NCBI GenBank assembly: GCA_025056895.1
Contig: JANWVJ010000001.1
Coordinates: 9,632-73,631, forward strand
Direction of reading: 5' to 3'
From: Thermoflexales bacterium
GTDB lineage: Bacteria > Chloroflexota > Anaerolineae > J036 > Brachytrichaceae
DNA length: 64,000 nucleotides
The notes below the pieces were generated by a model that saw only the letters and a list, made by a program, of their open reading frames with translations, had not been told where the DNA came from and did no database searches. Shown here in pieces: positions 29,128-36,843 of this stretch; positions within the stretch are counted from its first letter, which is position 1, and each line of letters starts with the position of its first letter. Position numbers and translations under genes: made by a program.

Positions 29128-30470
29128 TGCACGGCCTCCGGGGCGAGGCGCGCCAGGTCGCGGAAAAAGTCGGGATAGGTCTTGCTCACGCACTCGGCGC
29201 CGGTGATGATGGTTTCGCCGTGTGCGATCAAGCCGGCCACAGCCAGCGCCATCGCCATACGATGATCGCCGCGCGCATCGACTACCGCGCCGCGCAGGTG
29301 AGTCGGCCCTTCTACAACAAAGCCATCCGGCGCAGCGTCGATGTGGGCGCCCATTTTGCGTAGTTCTTCCACCAGACCATCGATGCGGTTGCTCTCTTTC
29401 ACACGCAATTCTTCTGCGTCGCGCACCGTGGTGACGCCTTGGGCCTGCGTAGCCGCCACAGCAAACACCGGAAATTCGTCAATCATACGCGCCACCCGCT
29501 CGCCGCCGACGGTGATGGCCCGCAGGGCGCTCGATCTGACGGCGATATCGCCTATCGGCTCGCCGGCATCATCGACCGATTCGACTTCGATGCGCGCTCC
29601 CATCGCGCGCAGTGCATCCAACAAACCGGTGCGGGTCGGGTTGAGACCGACCTGTTTCAAACGCAGATCGGCTTGAGGATGGATGCAAGCTGCTACCAGA
29701 AAGAAAGCGGCTGATGAAAAATCGGTCGGCACCGTCAGATCAATCGACGCAAGACCGCCCGGTGTGGGGTCAAGTGTGATGAGGTTGGCGCGACGCTGAA
29801 TGTGCGCTCCCATCAGCTCCATGATTCGCTCGGTGTGGTCGCGGGTCAGGATCGGCTCTTCGATGGCGGTGTTGCCCTGGGCGTACAAGCCGGCCAGCAA
29901 CAGCGCCGATTTGATCTGTGCGCTGGCGATGGGCAAGGTGTAGGAGATGCCGCGCAACATCGCGCCGGGGATATGCAACGGTGCGCAGCCGTCGCGATCG
30001 CTGATAGACGCGCCCATGCGGTTCAGCGGCTCGGTGACGCGGCGCATCGGTCGCCGGCGCAGTTGCGGGCTGCCATCTAATACGCTGGCAAACGACTGCC
30101 CAGCCAACAAGCCGGCCAACAGGCGCATCGTCGTGCCGGATGAATCGCAATACAACGGCGCAGAGGCTGGCGTCAAACCGCGCAAGCCGCGTCCTTCCAC
30201 GATCAACGTATGTCCTTCGTTTCGGATGCCCGCGCCCAGTTGCTGCATGATGTGAATCGCAGCGCGCGTATCGTCACAATCCAGATAGTCCATCAGCCGG
30301 CTCGTGCCATCGGCAATGCTGCCGAGCAGCACACCGCGCACGGTCACGCTGCGATCGCCGGGGACGCGCACCCATCCGGACATGCTTTGAGCGGGGCAAA
30401 TGAGTTGGTTCATTGTCGAATGAGCTGGTTCATTCTGGTTGAAGAGTGATCCCAACAGGTCTGATGACAC
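29124..30470 (-). CDS. aroA: 3-phosphoshikimate 1-carboxyvinyltransferase (EPSP synthase)
   Basis: VRVPGDRSVTVR, SSGTTMRLLAGLLA, RPMRRV and DHRMAMALAVAGL. The start may be the internal Met at 30413 (MNQLICPAQS..). Confidence 0.85.
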   Translation of the reverse strand: MSSDLLGSLFNQNEPAHSTMNQLICPAQSMSGWVRVPGDRSVTVRGVLLGSIADGTSRLMDYLDCDDTRAAIHIMQQLGAGIRNEGHTLIVEGRGLRGLTPASAPLYCDSSGTTMRLLAGLLAGQSFASVLDGSPQLRRRPMRRVTEPLNRMGASISDRDGCAPLHIPGAMLRGISYTLPIASAQIKSALLLAGLYAQGNTAIEEPILTRDHTERIMELMGAHIQRRANLITLDPTPGGLASIDLTVPTDFSSAAFFLVAACIHPQADLRLKQVGLNPTRTGLLDALRAMGARIEVESVDDAGEPIGDIAVRSSALRAITVGGERVARMIDEFPVFAVAATQAQGVTTVRDAEELRVKESNRIDGLVEELRKMGAHIDAAPDGFVVEGPTHLRGAVVDARGDHRMAMALAVAGLIAHGETIITGAECVSKTYPDFFRDLARLAPEAVQ

Positions 30471-30489
30471 ACCCTATCGGCAGCCTGCC

Positions 30490-31374
30490 TCAGAAATGTG
30501 CCTTGCGCGTCTGGGCAGCCGCAGCAAGATACGCGCGCAGGCCGGCCTCATCCTTGCGTTCGATCAGGGCGGTCAGTTGGTCCAGAGCAAATTGAAAGTC
30601 GCGAATGGCGCCAGTCACAGCTGGCGCGTTGGTCATCAAGATGTCAAGCATCATCGTTACATCACTGGCCGCTACGCGGCTGGTGTCACGAAAGCCGCTG
30701 GCAGTCACGCGCCATAGAGCGGGGTCATTCAAGCTGGCCTGATCGGCGGTTGTCACCAGGGCCACAGCCAAGGCATAAGGCAGATGGCTGGCAAATGCAA
30801 CCAGCATGTCATGTTGCGCCGGCTCCAATTCGAGAGGGACTGCACCGGCATCCTCTGCCAGAGTTTGAACGACGGTCAGGGCCGCATCGTCACTGCGGGC
30901 CGAACGAGTCACGATCCATGTTTTGCCACGATAGAGATCGGCATCGGCGGCGTCGAGACCGGTCACCTCTTTACCGCACATCGGATGCGAGCCAACAGCG
31001 CGTAGGCGGGGAGGAAGTTGATTCATCGCTTGGATGATTTCGGATTTGGTGCTGCCCAAATCGGTGATGATGGCGTTATCCGGCGCGCTGCCGGCCAGCG
31101 CGTGGAGTTGATCGATGATCGTGCGCACCGGCGTAGCGAGCACGATCAGATCGGCTTGTGCGACACCTTGTTGCAGAGACGTTGAGGCCGAGTCCACGAT
31201 GCCGCGCGCAAGTGCTTCGCGGGCCACTTCCTCGCGCCGGGTTACGCCGGCAATGTGCTGATATCGGCCGCGCACGGCCAGGGCCAGCGAGGCTCCCATC
31301 AACCCTAGACCAACGATGCACAGCGTCAAGGGGCGGTTGGCAGACACGTGATTGGTAGTTGGCGACTCACTCAC
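30490..31374 (-). CDS. tyrA: Prephenate dehydrogenase
   Basis: Rossmann motif LCIVGLGLMGASLALAV, GSTK and HPMCG. The ORF-track N-terminus (to 31527) overlaps aroF and is an alternative-frame echo. GTG 31374 or GTG 31347 is the likely start. Confidence 0.75.
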   Translation of the reverse strand: MSESPTTNHVSANRPLTLCIVGLGLMGASLALAVRGRYQHIAGVTRREEVAREALARGIVDSASTSLQQGVAQADLIVLATPVRTIIDQLHALAGSAPDNAIITDLGSTKSEIIQAMNQLPPRLRAVGSHPMCGKEVTGLDAADADLYRGKTWIVTRSARSDDAALTVVQTLAEDAGAVPLELEPAQHDMLVAFASHLPYALAVALVTTADQASLNDPALWRVTASGFRDTSRVAASDVTMMLDILMTNAPAVTGAIRDFQFALDQLTALIERKDEAGLRAYLAAAAQTRKAHF

Positions 31375-31399
31375 ACGCTGATTGTACGAGATGTGCTGC

Positions 31400-32431
31400 C
31401 TACACCGTTCGGTCAACGGCTGCGGCAACGCGGCGCACGCGCGCCACCAAATCGGCGTAGCGCGCCGGCGTGAGCGACTGGGCGCCGTCGGACAGAGCTT
31501 GATCTGGATGGGGATGGACTTCGACAATCAAGCCGTCTGCGCCAGCGGCGACGGCTGCCTTGGACACAGCGGTGACATACTCCCATTTGCCTGTGCCGTG
31601 GCTGGGATCGACGATCACCGGCAGATGGCTGAGCTGCTTGAGCACCGGCACAGCGTTGATGTCCAGTGTGTTGCGCGTGTACGTTTCAAACGTACGGATG
31701 CCGCGCTCGCACAGCATCACGTTGTAGTTGCCTTGCGACATGATGTACTCGGCGGCCATCAGCAGTTCTTCCATCGTGCTGGACATGCCGCGCTTGAGAA
31801 GGATCGGTTTCATGCTGGCGCCGGCGGCCATGAGCAGGGGGAAGTTCTGCATGTTGCGCGCACCGATTTGCAAAATGTCGGCGTAAGCGGCCACCAGGTT
31901 GACTTGTTCGGTAGCCATCACCTCGGTGACAATGGCCAGGCCGGTCTGTTCACGCGCTTCGGCAAGCCATTTCAGTCCTTGTTCGCCATGACCTTGAAAC
32001 GAGTAAGGGGAAGTACGCGGCTTAAAGGCCCCGCCGCGCAAAATAGCGGCGCCGGCTTCCTTGACGGCATGCGCCGACTCTAGCACTTGCTCGCGGCTCT
32101 CAGCAGAACAGGGGCCGGCCATCAGCGCAATCGGCGCCGGTGGCCCACCGATTGAGATGGTGCGCCCGTTGACGCGAATGGAGATGATGGTATCGTCCTT
32201 CTTAAACTCACGGCTGGCCAGCTTGAACGGTCGCAGAATCGGCACGACGCGCTCGACGCCGTTGAGCAGTTCAAACATATCACGGTTGACCGGGCGATCG
32301 TTGCCGACTACGCCGATGATGGTGCGTTCTTCGCCCTGCGACAAATGCGCTTTTAAGCCGATTTCTTCGATGCGCTTGACTACGGCCCCGATCTCGGCGC
32401 TCGAGGCCTCGGATTTCATGATAATAACCAT
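31400..32431 (-). CDS. aroF: 3-deoxy-7-phosphoheptulonate (DAHP) synthase, type I-beta, with an N-terminal ferredoxin-like/ACT regulatory domain (copy 1)
   Basis: The catalytic core ([37 protein letters not shown]) matches the KDO8P/DAHP I-beta family. A ~75-aa N-terminal domain, [18 protein letters not shown], resembles the Thermotoga-type regulated enzymes. Confidence 0.9.
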   Translation of the reverse strand: MVIIMKSEASSAEIGAVVKRIEEIGLKAHLSQGEERTIIGVVGNDRPVNRDMFELLNGVERVVPILRPFKLASREFKKDDTIISIRVNGRTISIGGPPAPIALMAGPCSAESREQVLESAHAVKEAGAAILRGGAFKPRTSPYSFQGHGEQGLKWLAEAREQTGLAIVTEVMATEQVNLVAAYADILQIGARNMQNFPLLMAAGASMKPILLKRGMSSTMEELLMAAEYIMSQGNYNVMLCERGIRTFETYTRNTLDINAVPVLKQLSHLPVIVDPSHGTGKWEYVTAVSKAAVAAGADGLIVEVHPHPDQALSDGAQSLTPARYADLVARVRRVAAAVDRTV

Positions 32432-32509
32432 CTTTCGATCTCCATGTGCAGGTTTCGGATTGCGTGCTTGCCGTGAGATGGCGCATCACAAACCCCAACC
32501 TGCTGAATA

Positions 32510-33538
32510 TCAAATCGTGCGATCCATCGCCTCGGCAATGCGGCGTGTTTGCTTGACCAGGTCGGCAAACGCTTCAGGCGTGAGCGACTGGGCGCCATCG
32601 GACAGAGCTTGAGCCGGATCGGGGTGAACTTCGACAATCAGCCCATCTGCGCCGGCGGCAACGGCAGCTCGGCTAGCGGCAATCACGAACTCGGATTTGC
32701 CGGTGGCATGGCTGGGATCAACAACAACCGGTAAATGGCTGAGCTTCTTCAGCACCGGCACAGCGTTGATGTCCAGTGTGTTGCGCGTGTACGTTTCAAA
32801 CGTGCGGATACCGCGCTCACATAACATGACGTTGTAGTTGCCGCGCGACATGACGTATTCGGCGGCCATCAACAATTCTTCAATGGTGTTCGCCATGCCA
32901 CGTTTGAGCAGCACCGGCTTCATGCTGGCGCCAACCGCGTTGAGCAGAGCGAAGTTCTGCATGTTGCGCGCACCGACTTGTAGCACGTTGGCATACTGAG
33001 CCACCAGCGGCACTTGCTCAGGAGACATCACCTCGGTCACAATTGCTAAACCGGTTTGCTCACGCGCCTCGGCCATCCATTGCAGCGCCTTTTCACCGTA
33101 GCCTTGAAAGGAATAGGGCGACGTGCGCGGTTTGAACGCCCCGCCGCGCAGACCTTTCGCGCCGGCTTCCTTGACGGCGTGCGCCGACTCCAGCACTTGC
33201 TCGCGGCTCTCGGCCGAACAGGGGCCGGCAATGAGGACGACTTCCCTGCCACCCATGCGGACGCTGTGGCCGTTCATTCCGATCAAGGTAACTGCTGTGT
33301 TGTCCGGCTTGAATTCACGGCTGGCCAGCTTAAACGGCTTGAGGATAGGCAAAGTGGCTTCAACACCGGGCAGCGTCTCGAACACTGTTCGATCCACCGG
33401 CCGGTCATTGCCGACTACGCCGATGACGACTCGCTCTTCGCCGTAGATCGGATGGGCCTGGAACCCCAGCGACTCAACACGCGCCATAATGGCGCCGACT
33501 TCTTTAGCAGTTGCGCCCGCCTTCATAATGATGACCAT
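32510..33538 (-). CDS. aroF: 3-deoxy-7-phosphoheptulonate (DAHP) synthase, type I-beta, with an N-terminal regulatory domain (copy 2, tandem paralog)
   Basis: Same motifs as copy 1. GAGGA lies 7 nt upstream of the ATG. The catalytic core is highly similar to copy 1, while the N-terminal domain is much more diverged. Confidence 0.9.
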   Translation of the reverse strand: MVIIMKAGATAKEVGAIMARVESLGFQAHPIYGEERVVIGVVGNDRPVDRTVFETLPGVEATLPILKPFKLASREFKPDNTAVTLIGMNGHSVRMGGREVVLIAGPCSAESREQVLESAHAVKEAGAKGLRGGAFKPRTSPYSFQGYGEKALQWMAEAREQTGLAIVTEVMSPEQVPLVAQYANVLQVGARNMQNFALLNAVGASMKPVLLKRGMANTIEELLMAAEYVMSRGNYNVMLCERGIRTFETYTRNTLDINAVPVLKKLSHLPVVVDPSHATGKSEFVIAASRAAVAAGADGLIVEVHPDPAQALSDGAQSLTPEAFADLVKQTRRIAEAMDRTI

Positions 33539-33668
33539 AGTCTTGTCCTCACTTGAGTAATCGATCGAATAGATAGATTGGTTAGATGGATCAATTCGGG
33601 AACGAGGTGATTGAGCAACTTAGCTCAAGATTAAATGAGCGGACCGCTCGACGAGCTTATCCGGTCTT

Positions 33669-34037
33669 TCAACCCTCCTGAATGCGATCTGGGCGCAGTT
33701 TCTCGGCGCCTCGGATGTAGATATGTTTGATTTCGTCGGCGCGCCGGGCGGTGTTCCAGTGGATCATCACGCGCACGCAGCGCGGCAGACCATGTGGAAC
33801 GTCCATTTCATGCATGCACATCAGCGCAGCGCTTGTCCAACCGAGTTGACGAGCAGCAATCGCGGGAAACTCAGCGTTCAGATCGCGAGTCGTGCTGAAG
33901 AAGGCGCTGGCGACATCTTCAATTTGGATACCGTTCGCTTCGATCATTTTCTCCAGTAACTCGCGTGTTGCTTCAATGATGGCCTCCGGTGTGTTGTCTG
34001 CTGCCACCGTTGCGCCTCGGACGCCACGTAACCACAT
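33669..34037 (-). CDS. aroH: Monofunctional chorismate mutase, AroH class
   Basis: MWLRGVRGATVAADNTPEAIIEATRELLEKMIEANGI parallels B. subtilis AroH (MMIRGIRGATTVERDTEEEIL..LLEKIIEEN). About 120 aa. GGAGG lies 10 nt upstream. Confidence 0.85.
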   Translation of the reverse strand: MWLRGVRGATVAADNTPEAIIEATRELLEKMIEANGIQIEDVASAFFSTTRDLNAEFPAIAARQLGWTSAALMCMHEMDVPHGLPRCVRVMIHWNTARRADEIKHIYIRGAEKLRPDRIQEG

Positions 34038-34067
34038 AATCGAAAGACCTCCATGTGCGATGTGCCT

Positions 34068-34106
34068 AACAACAAAAAGAGCGCGGAGCTTACTGCTCCG
34101 CGCTCT
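34068..34106 (-). terminator. Intrinsic terminator of the aro leader (attenuator segments 3:4)
   Basis: Minus-strand sequence AGAGCGCGGAGC-AGTAA-GCTCCGCGCTCT forms a 12-bp perfect stem with a 5-nt loop, followed by TTTTGTTGTT. It ends 30 nt before the aroH ATG. Confidence 0.8.
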
Positions 34107-34128
34107 GATTTACTGTGTGCCGCCTGCT

Positions 34129-34236
34129 TCAGGTTGTGCTTGCCTGGGCAGACTCGCGTGAGCGTAAGCTACTGTTGCCGCTGGCAAAGTAGCCGTAAAA
34201 CCAGAAGCTGCTAAACGAGAAGGCTCCGCGAGTCAT
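34129..34236 (-). CDS. Aromatic-rich leader peptide (35 aa) of the shikimate operon
   Basis: Hand translation of the minus strand gives MTRGAFSFSSFWFYGYFASGNSSLRSRESAQASTT plus TGA. Codons 6-17 contain 5 Phe, 1 Trp and 2 Tyr. It is below the ORF-track size cutoff. It sits between a consensus promoter and the terminator. A GAAGG motif lies 2 nt upstream of the ATG. Confidence 0.7.
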   Translation of the reverse strand: MTRGAFSFSSFWFYGYFASGNSSLRSRESAQASTT

Positions 34237-34251
34237 GACCTTCGGTCCAAG

Positions 34252-34280
34252 ATACTAACGGATGGCGATGGATGTGTCAA
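34252..34280 (-). promoter_or_regulatory. Consensus sigma70-type promoter TTGACA-17-TAGTAT of the aro leader/operon
   Basis: On the minus strand the -35 TTGACA is at 34280-34275 and the -10 TAGTAT at 34257-34252, with exactly 17 nt between them. The predicted TSS is near 34245, about 10 nt before the leader ATG. Confidence 0.7.
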
Positions 34281-34285
34281 GGGGT

Positions 34286-34308
34286 AAGAAGAAAGAAGAA
34301 AAGAAGGA
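34286..34308. repeat. 23-nt pure polypurine/polypyrimidine tract at UP-element position of the aro promoter
   Basis: The plus strand reads AAGAAGAAAGAAGAAAAGAAGGA, so the sense strand of the operon reads TCCTTCTTTTCTTCTTTCTTCTT. It occupies roughly -42 to -64 relative to the predicted TSS and is strikingly AT-rich for this genome. Confidence 0.5.
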
Positions 34309-34326
34309 TTGACGGGCAGCACATTT

Positions 34327-35700
34327 TCACCCGACCAGTTTATAGCCGCGCCCGCGCACGGTCAGCAAATAAACAGGTTCCGGCGCTCCCGGTTCCAGTT
34401 TGGCGCGCAGCCGGCTGACCAGCTTCTCGATCCGCGCGTCATCGACCTCGTTCAAGTAGTTCTCGCCCCACACTTCGGTAACGATGGTGTATTTGTCCAC
34501 GATCTTGTTGAGCCGACCGTAGAGCAGGAGCAACAACTTGTATTCCAGCTCGGTCAGTGTCTCAATCGGCCGGCCATCTACATAGACATCGCCGGCTTCC
34601 ACATCCACCCGCACGCCGCGTTCGCGCCGGCCAGCAGACAAGGCCTGGCGCTTGATAAAGGATTGCCATAAGGCTCCTACTGCCGGCCCGGTATCAGGGG
34701 CACTGCTATCCTCTGTGCTCGGCGAGCAAGGCAATAGGTTTCTGAGGCGCAATCGAGTCAATGTCGCCTGATCCAGTGCCTGCTCATTAACGCGCCCGTG
34801 GCCGAACAGCGCCATCAAGGTGTCGCGTTCGGGAACAGTCAATTGCGTCCACAATTTCAGACACTCCTGATGCACAGTAGCATCTGCATCGAAGGCATAT
34901 GCAGCGACCGATTGCGCTTCGCGTTGTGCGCTCTTTGGAGCGCCGGCTGCAACACGCCCGTAGATTTGGACAATGCTTTTGAGCAGGCCGGGATGTCCGC
35001 CGGCCTGATGCACTAGAAAATCGACCTCATCGCTCTCGAGTGTGAAGTCGTCGGCTCTGGCCAGTTCCCAAACCAATTCGCGTGATTGGGCGGCATTCAG
35101 GAAACCGATCCAGTGCGTTTGGGCAGCAAACAACTCCACAAATTCGGATGCCTCGTAATCAGCGCGTATCTCTGACAAGGGGCGGTCGGTAGCCGTCACA
35201 AACGTGAGATTGTCGCCAAAGCGATCCTTGCTGGCACGCAGATTGAGAAACACGCGCCCATCCAACTTCTCAAACGGATCGTCAAACTCATCCAGCGCGA
35301 GCACGATACGTCGGCCTGAATCCTCGCATAGCACGGTCAGCGCCTCATTGAATGCCAACGCGCTGCGCAATGGCGTGGGCGGCTGCACCACTTGCTGGCG
35401 GAACACATTCAAGCGCGAGAGCAAGCTTTCCGTTGTGTTGCTCTGCCGTAAGGCTTCGATCACGTTGCGCAACACAATCTCATGCAAGGCGCGCTCACTC
35501 CGCTCCGGCATCAGGTTGCAATCTACATAGACAAACAACCAACGCTCGTCCGGTTGCTGCCACACCAGCCGGCGAACGGCTGACGAGCAGACAGCCCGCA
35601 GCAGAGTTGACTTGCCGGTATTGCTTAAACCGATAACGGAGGCGCACTCCGCTGCGCGTACAGCCGACAGCAACGCTCGTAGTTCCTGTTCACGAATCAT
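34327..35700 (-). CDS. P-loop NTPase (AAA/STAND-like) fused to a C-terminal OmpR/PhoB-type winged-helix DNA-binding domain
   Basis: Walker A GLSNTGKST. Walker B IVLALDEFDD. C-terminal Trans_reg_C pattern LTELEYKLLLLLYGRLNKIVDKYTIVTEVWG..DDARIEKLVSRLRAKLE..LLTVRGRGYKLV. There is no receiver domain. Confidence 0.7.
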   Translation of the reverse strand: MIREQELRALLSAVRAAECASVIGLSNTGKSTLLRAVCSSAVRRLVWQQPDERWLFVYVDCNLMPERSERALHEIVLRNVIEALRQSNTTESLLSRLNVFRQQVVQPPTPLRSALAFNEALTVLCEDSGRRIVLALDEFDDPFEKLDGRVFLNLRASKDRFGDNLTFVTATDRPLSEIRADYEASEFVELFAAQTHWIGFLNAAQSRELVWELARADDFTLESDEVDFLVHQAGGHPGLLKSIVQIYGRVAAGAPKSAQREAQSVAAYAFDADATVHQECLKLWTQLTVPERDTLMALFGHGRVNEQALDQATLTRLRLRNLLPCSPSTEDSSAPDTGPAVGALWQSFIKRQALSAGRRERGVRVDVEAGDVYVDGRPIETLTELEYKLLLLLYGRLNKIVDKYTIVTEVWGENYLNEVDDARIEKLVSRLRAKLEPGAPEPVYLLTVRGRGYKLVG

Positions 35701-35774
35701 GGGCCTGGCCTTCTGTGCATTCTTTCACCGCCGGCGCACTGCCTGTACGCACGCGCGTCAACAGCCCGCCTGAG

Positions 35775-36761
35775 ATGAATACAATTCTAAGCGTGCTTAG
35801 CTTTTTGTTCACTGTGGGCCTGGTTGGCCTGATGACGCTGATGTATTTCCGCGTCGTGCAGGGAATCGATCGATTTGAGAAAGAACCGACCCGCTATGTG
35901 GTTGCGGCATTTTTGTGGGGTGCTGCGCCGGCTGTTCTCATCGCGCTCGTGTTGCAGCTCATTTTGTCGCTCCCGCTGACGTTGATCTTGGGGGAAGACT
36001 CGCTGGCAAGTGCGCTGGTCGGGGCATCGATCATCGCGCCGATCACCGAAGAACTGGTAAAAGGTGCAGCAGTAGCCATCATCTATCTGGCGCGCAGGCA
36101 GGAGTTTGACGGCTGGGTGGACGGGATTGTGTACGGCGCAGCAGCCGGCTTTGGTTTTGCTTTCGTCGAGAATGTGCTGTACCTAATGGGAACAGAAACG
36201 GCCGAGGAATGGGTGGCGTTGTTCTTTCTGCGGGTGATCGTATTTGGCTTCATGCATGGCTTCTGGACGGCGCTCACCGGTCTTGGGTTCGGCATCGCGC
36301 GCAACACCACTTCCATAGCGCAAAAAGGAATAGCCATACTTGCCGGCCTGAGTGTGGCCATCTTCTCGCATCTGATACACAATGGCGCAGTCACCTTAGC
36401 CGAGGCATCCAGCGGAGCGACAATTTGGATTGCCCTCATCAACTATGCCTTCTTAGTGGTCGGCCTGTTGATTGCCAGCGCAGCCGCGCTTTATCATGAT
36501 CGGCAGATTATGAAGACATATCTGCTCGACGAAGTGCCGGCTGTGCTCACGCACGAGGAATATCAGTCGCTGATTACAGCGCGTTCGGCCGCCGGGGCGC
36601 GTTTGGGCATCCTTGCGCCCCGCCGGCGCGCCCTTGTTCAGGCAGCAGCGGAGCTGGCTCAAAAGAAACGTCAACTGGCCAAGTTGGGGGAGGAGCATCT
36701 GATCGGCGCAGATATCGATCGCCTGCGCCAGCAGATGATCGCCCTGCGCCAAGCAGCTTGA
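35775..36761 (+). CDS. PrsW-family intramembrane metalloprotease
   Basis: Polytopic membrane protein with APITEELVKG (EExxK), FMHGFWTALTG and HLIHN motifs characteristic of PrsW. It has a ~90-aa cytoplasmic C-terminal tail. The start is placed at ATG 35775 (MNTILSVL..). Confidence 0.75.
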   Translation: MNTILSVLSFLFTVGLVGLMTLMYFRVVQGIDRFEKEPTRYVVAAFLWGAAPAVLIALVLQLILSLPLTLILGEDSLASALVGASIIAPITEELVKGAAVAIIYLARRQEFDGWVDGIVYGAAAGFGFAFVENVLYLMGTETAEEWVALFFLRVIVFGFMHGFWTALTGLGFGIARNTTSIAQKGIAILAGLSVAIFSHLIHNGAVTLAEASSGATIWIALINYAFLVVGLLIASAAALYHDRQIMKTYLLDEVPAVLTHEEYQSLITARSAAGARLGILAPRRRALVQAAAELAQKKRQLAKLGEEHLIGADIDRLRQQMIALRQAA

Positions 36762-36843
36762 TACCTCATCCTCCAGGTCTGATCGCGTCAGCTCATCCCG
36801 CTAATCCAATTGCTGATATACACTGTGCGCCGGAGGTTCGCCG

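Noticed and set aside
31375-31527. N-terminal 51 aa of the ORF-track tyrA ([20 protein letters not shown]..) and its look-alike at 32416..32637 ([20 protein letters not shown]..)
   Set aside because: Both are the same alternative frame of the homologous 3' ends of the two aroF paralogs. Their similarity echoes the gene duplication and does not indicate a real protein. The tyrA start was moved to GTG 31374.
33611-33649. Inverted repeat TTGAGC-N6-GCTCAA and hairpin GAGCG-GAC-CGCTC (followed on the minus strand by AUUUAAUCUU) between aroH and aroF'
   Set aside because: The stems are only 5-6 bp and the U-tract is weak. This could be a partial intra-operon terminator or operator, but the evidence is too thin to call.
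34040-34250. T-box riboswitch as an explanation for the terminator upstream of aroH
   Set aside because: The conserved T-box sequence (GGUGGNACCGCG-like) is absent. I also found no specifier-loop or stem-I features (AGAGA/GNUGNGA) on the minus strand. The aromatic mini-ORF with 1:2, 2:3 and 3:4 pairing explains the structure better.
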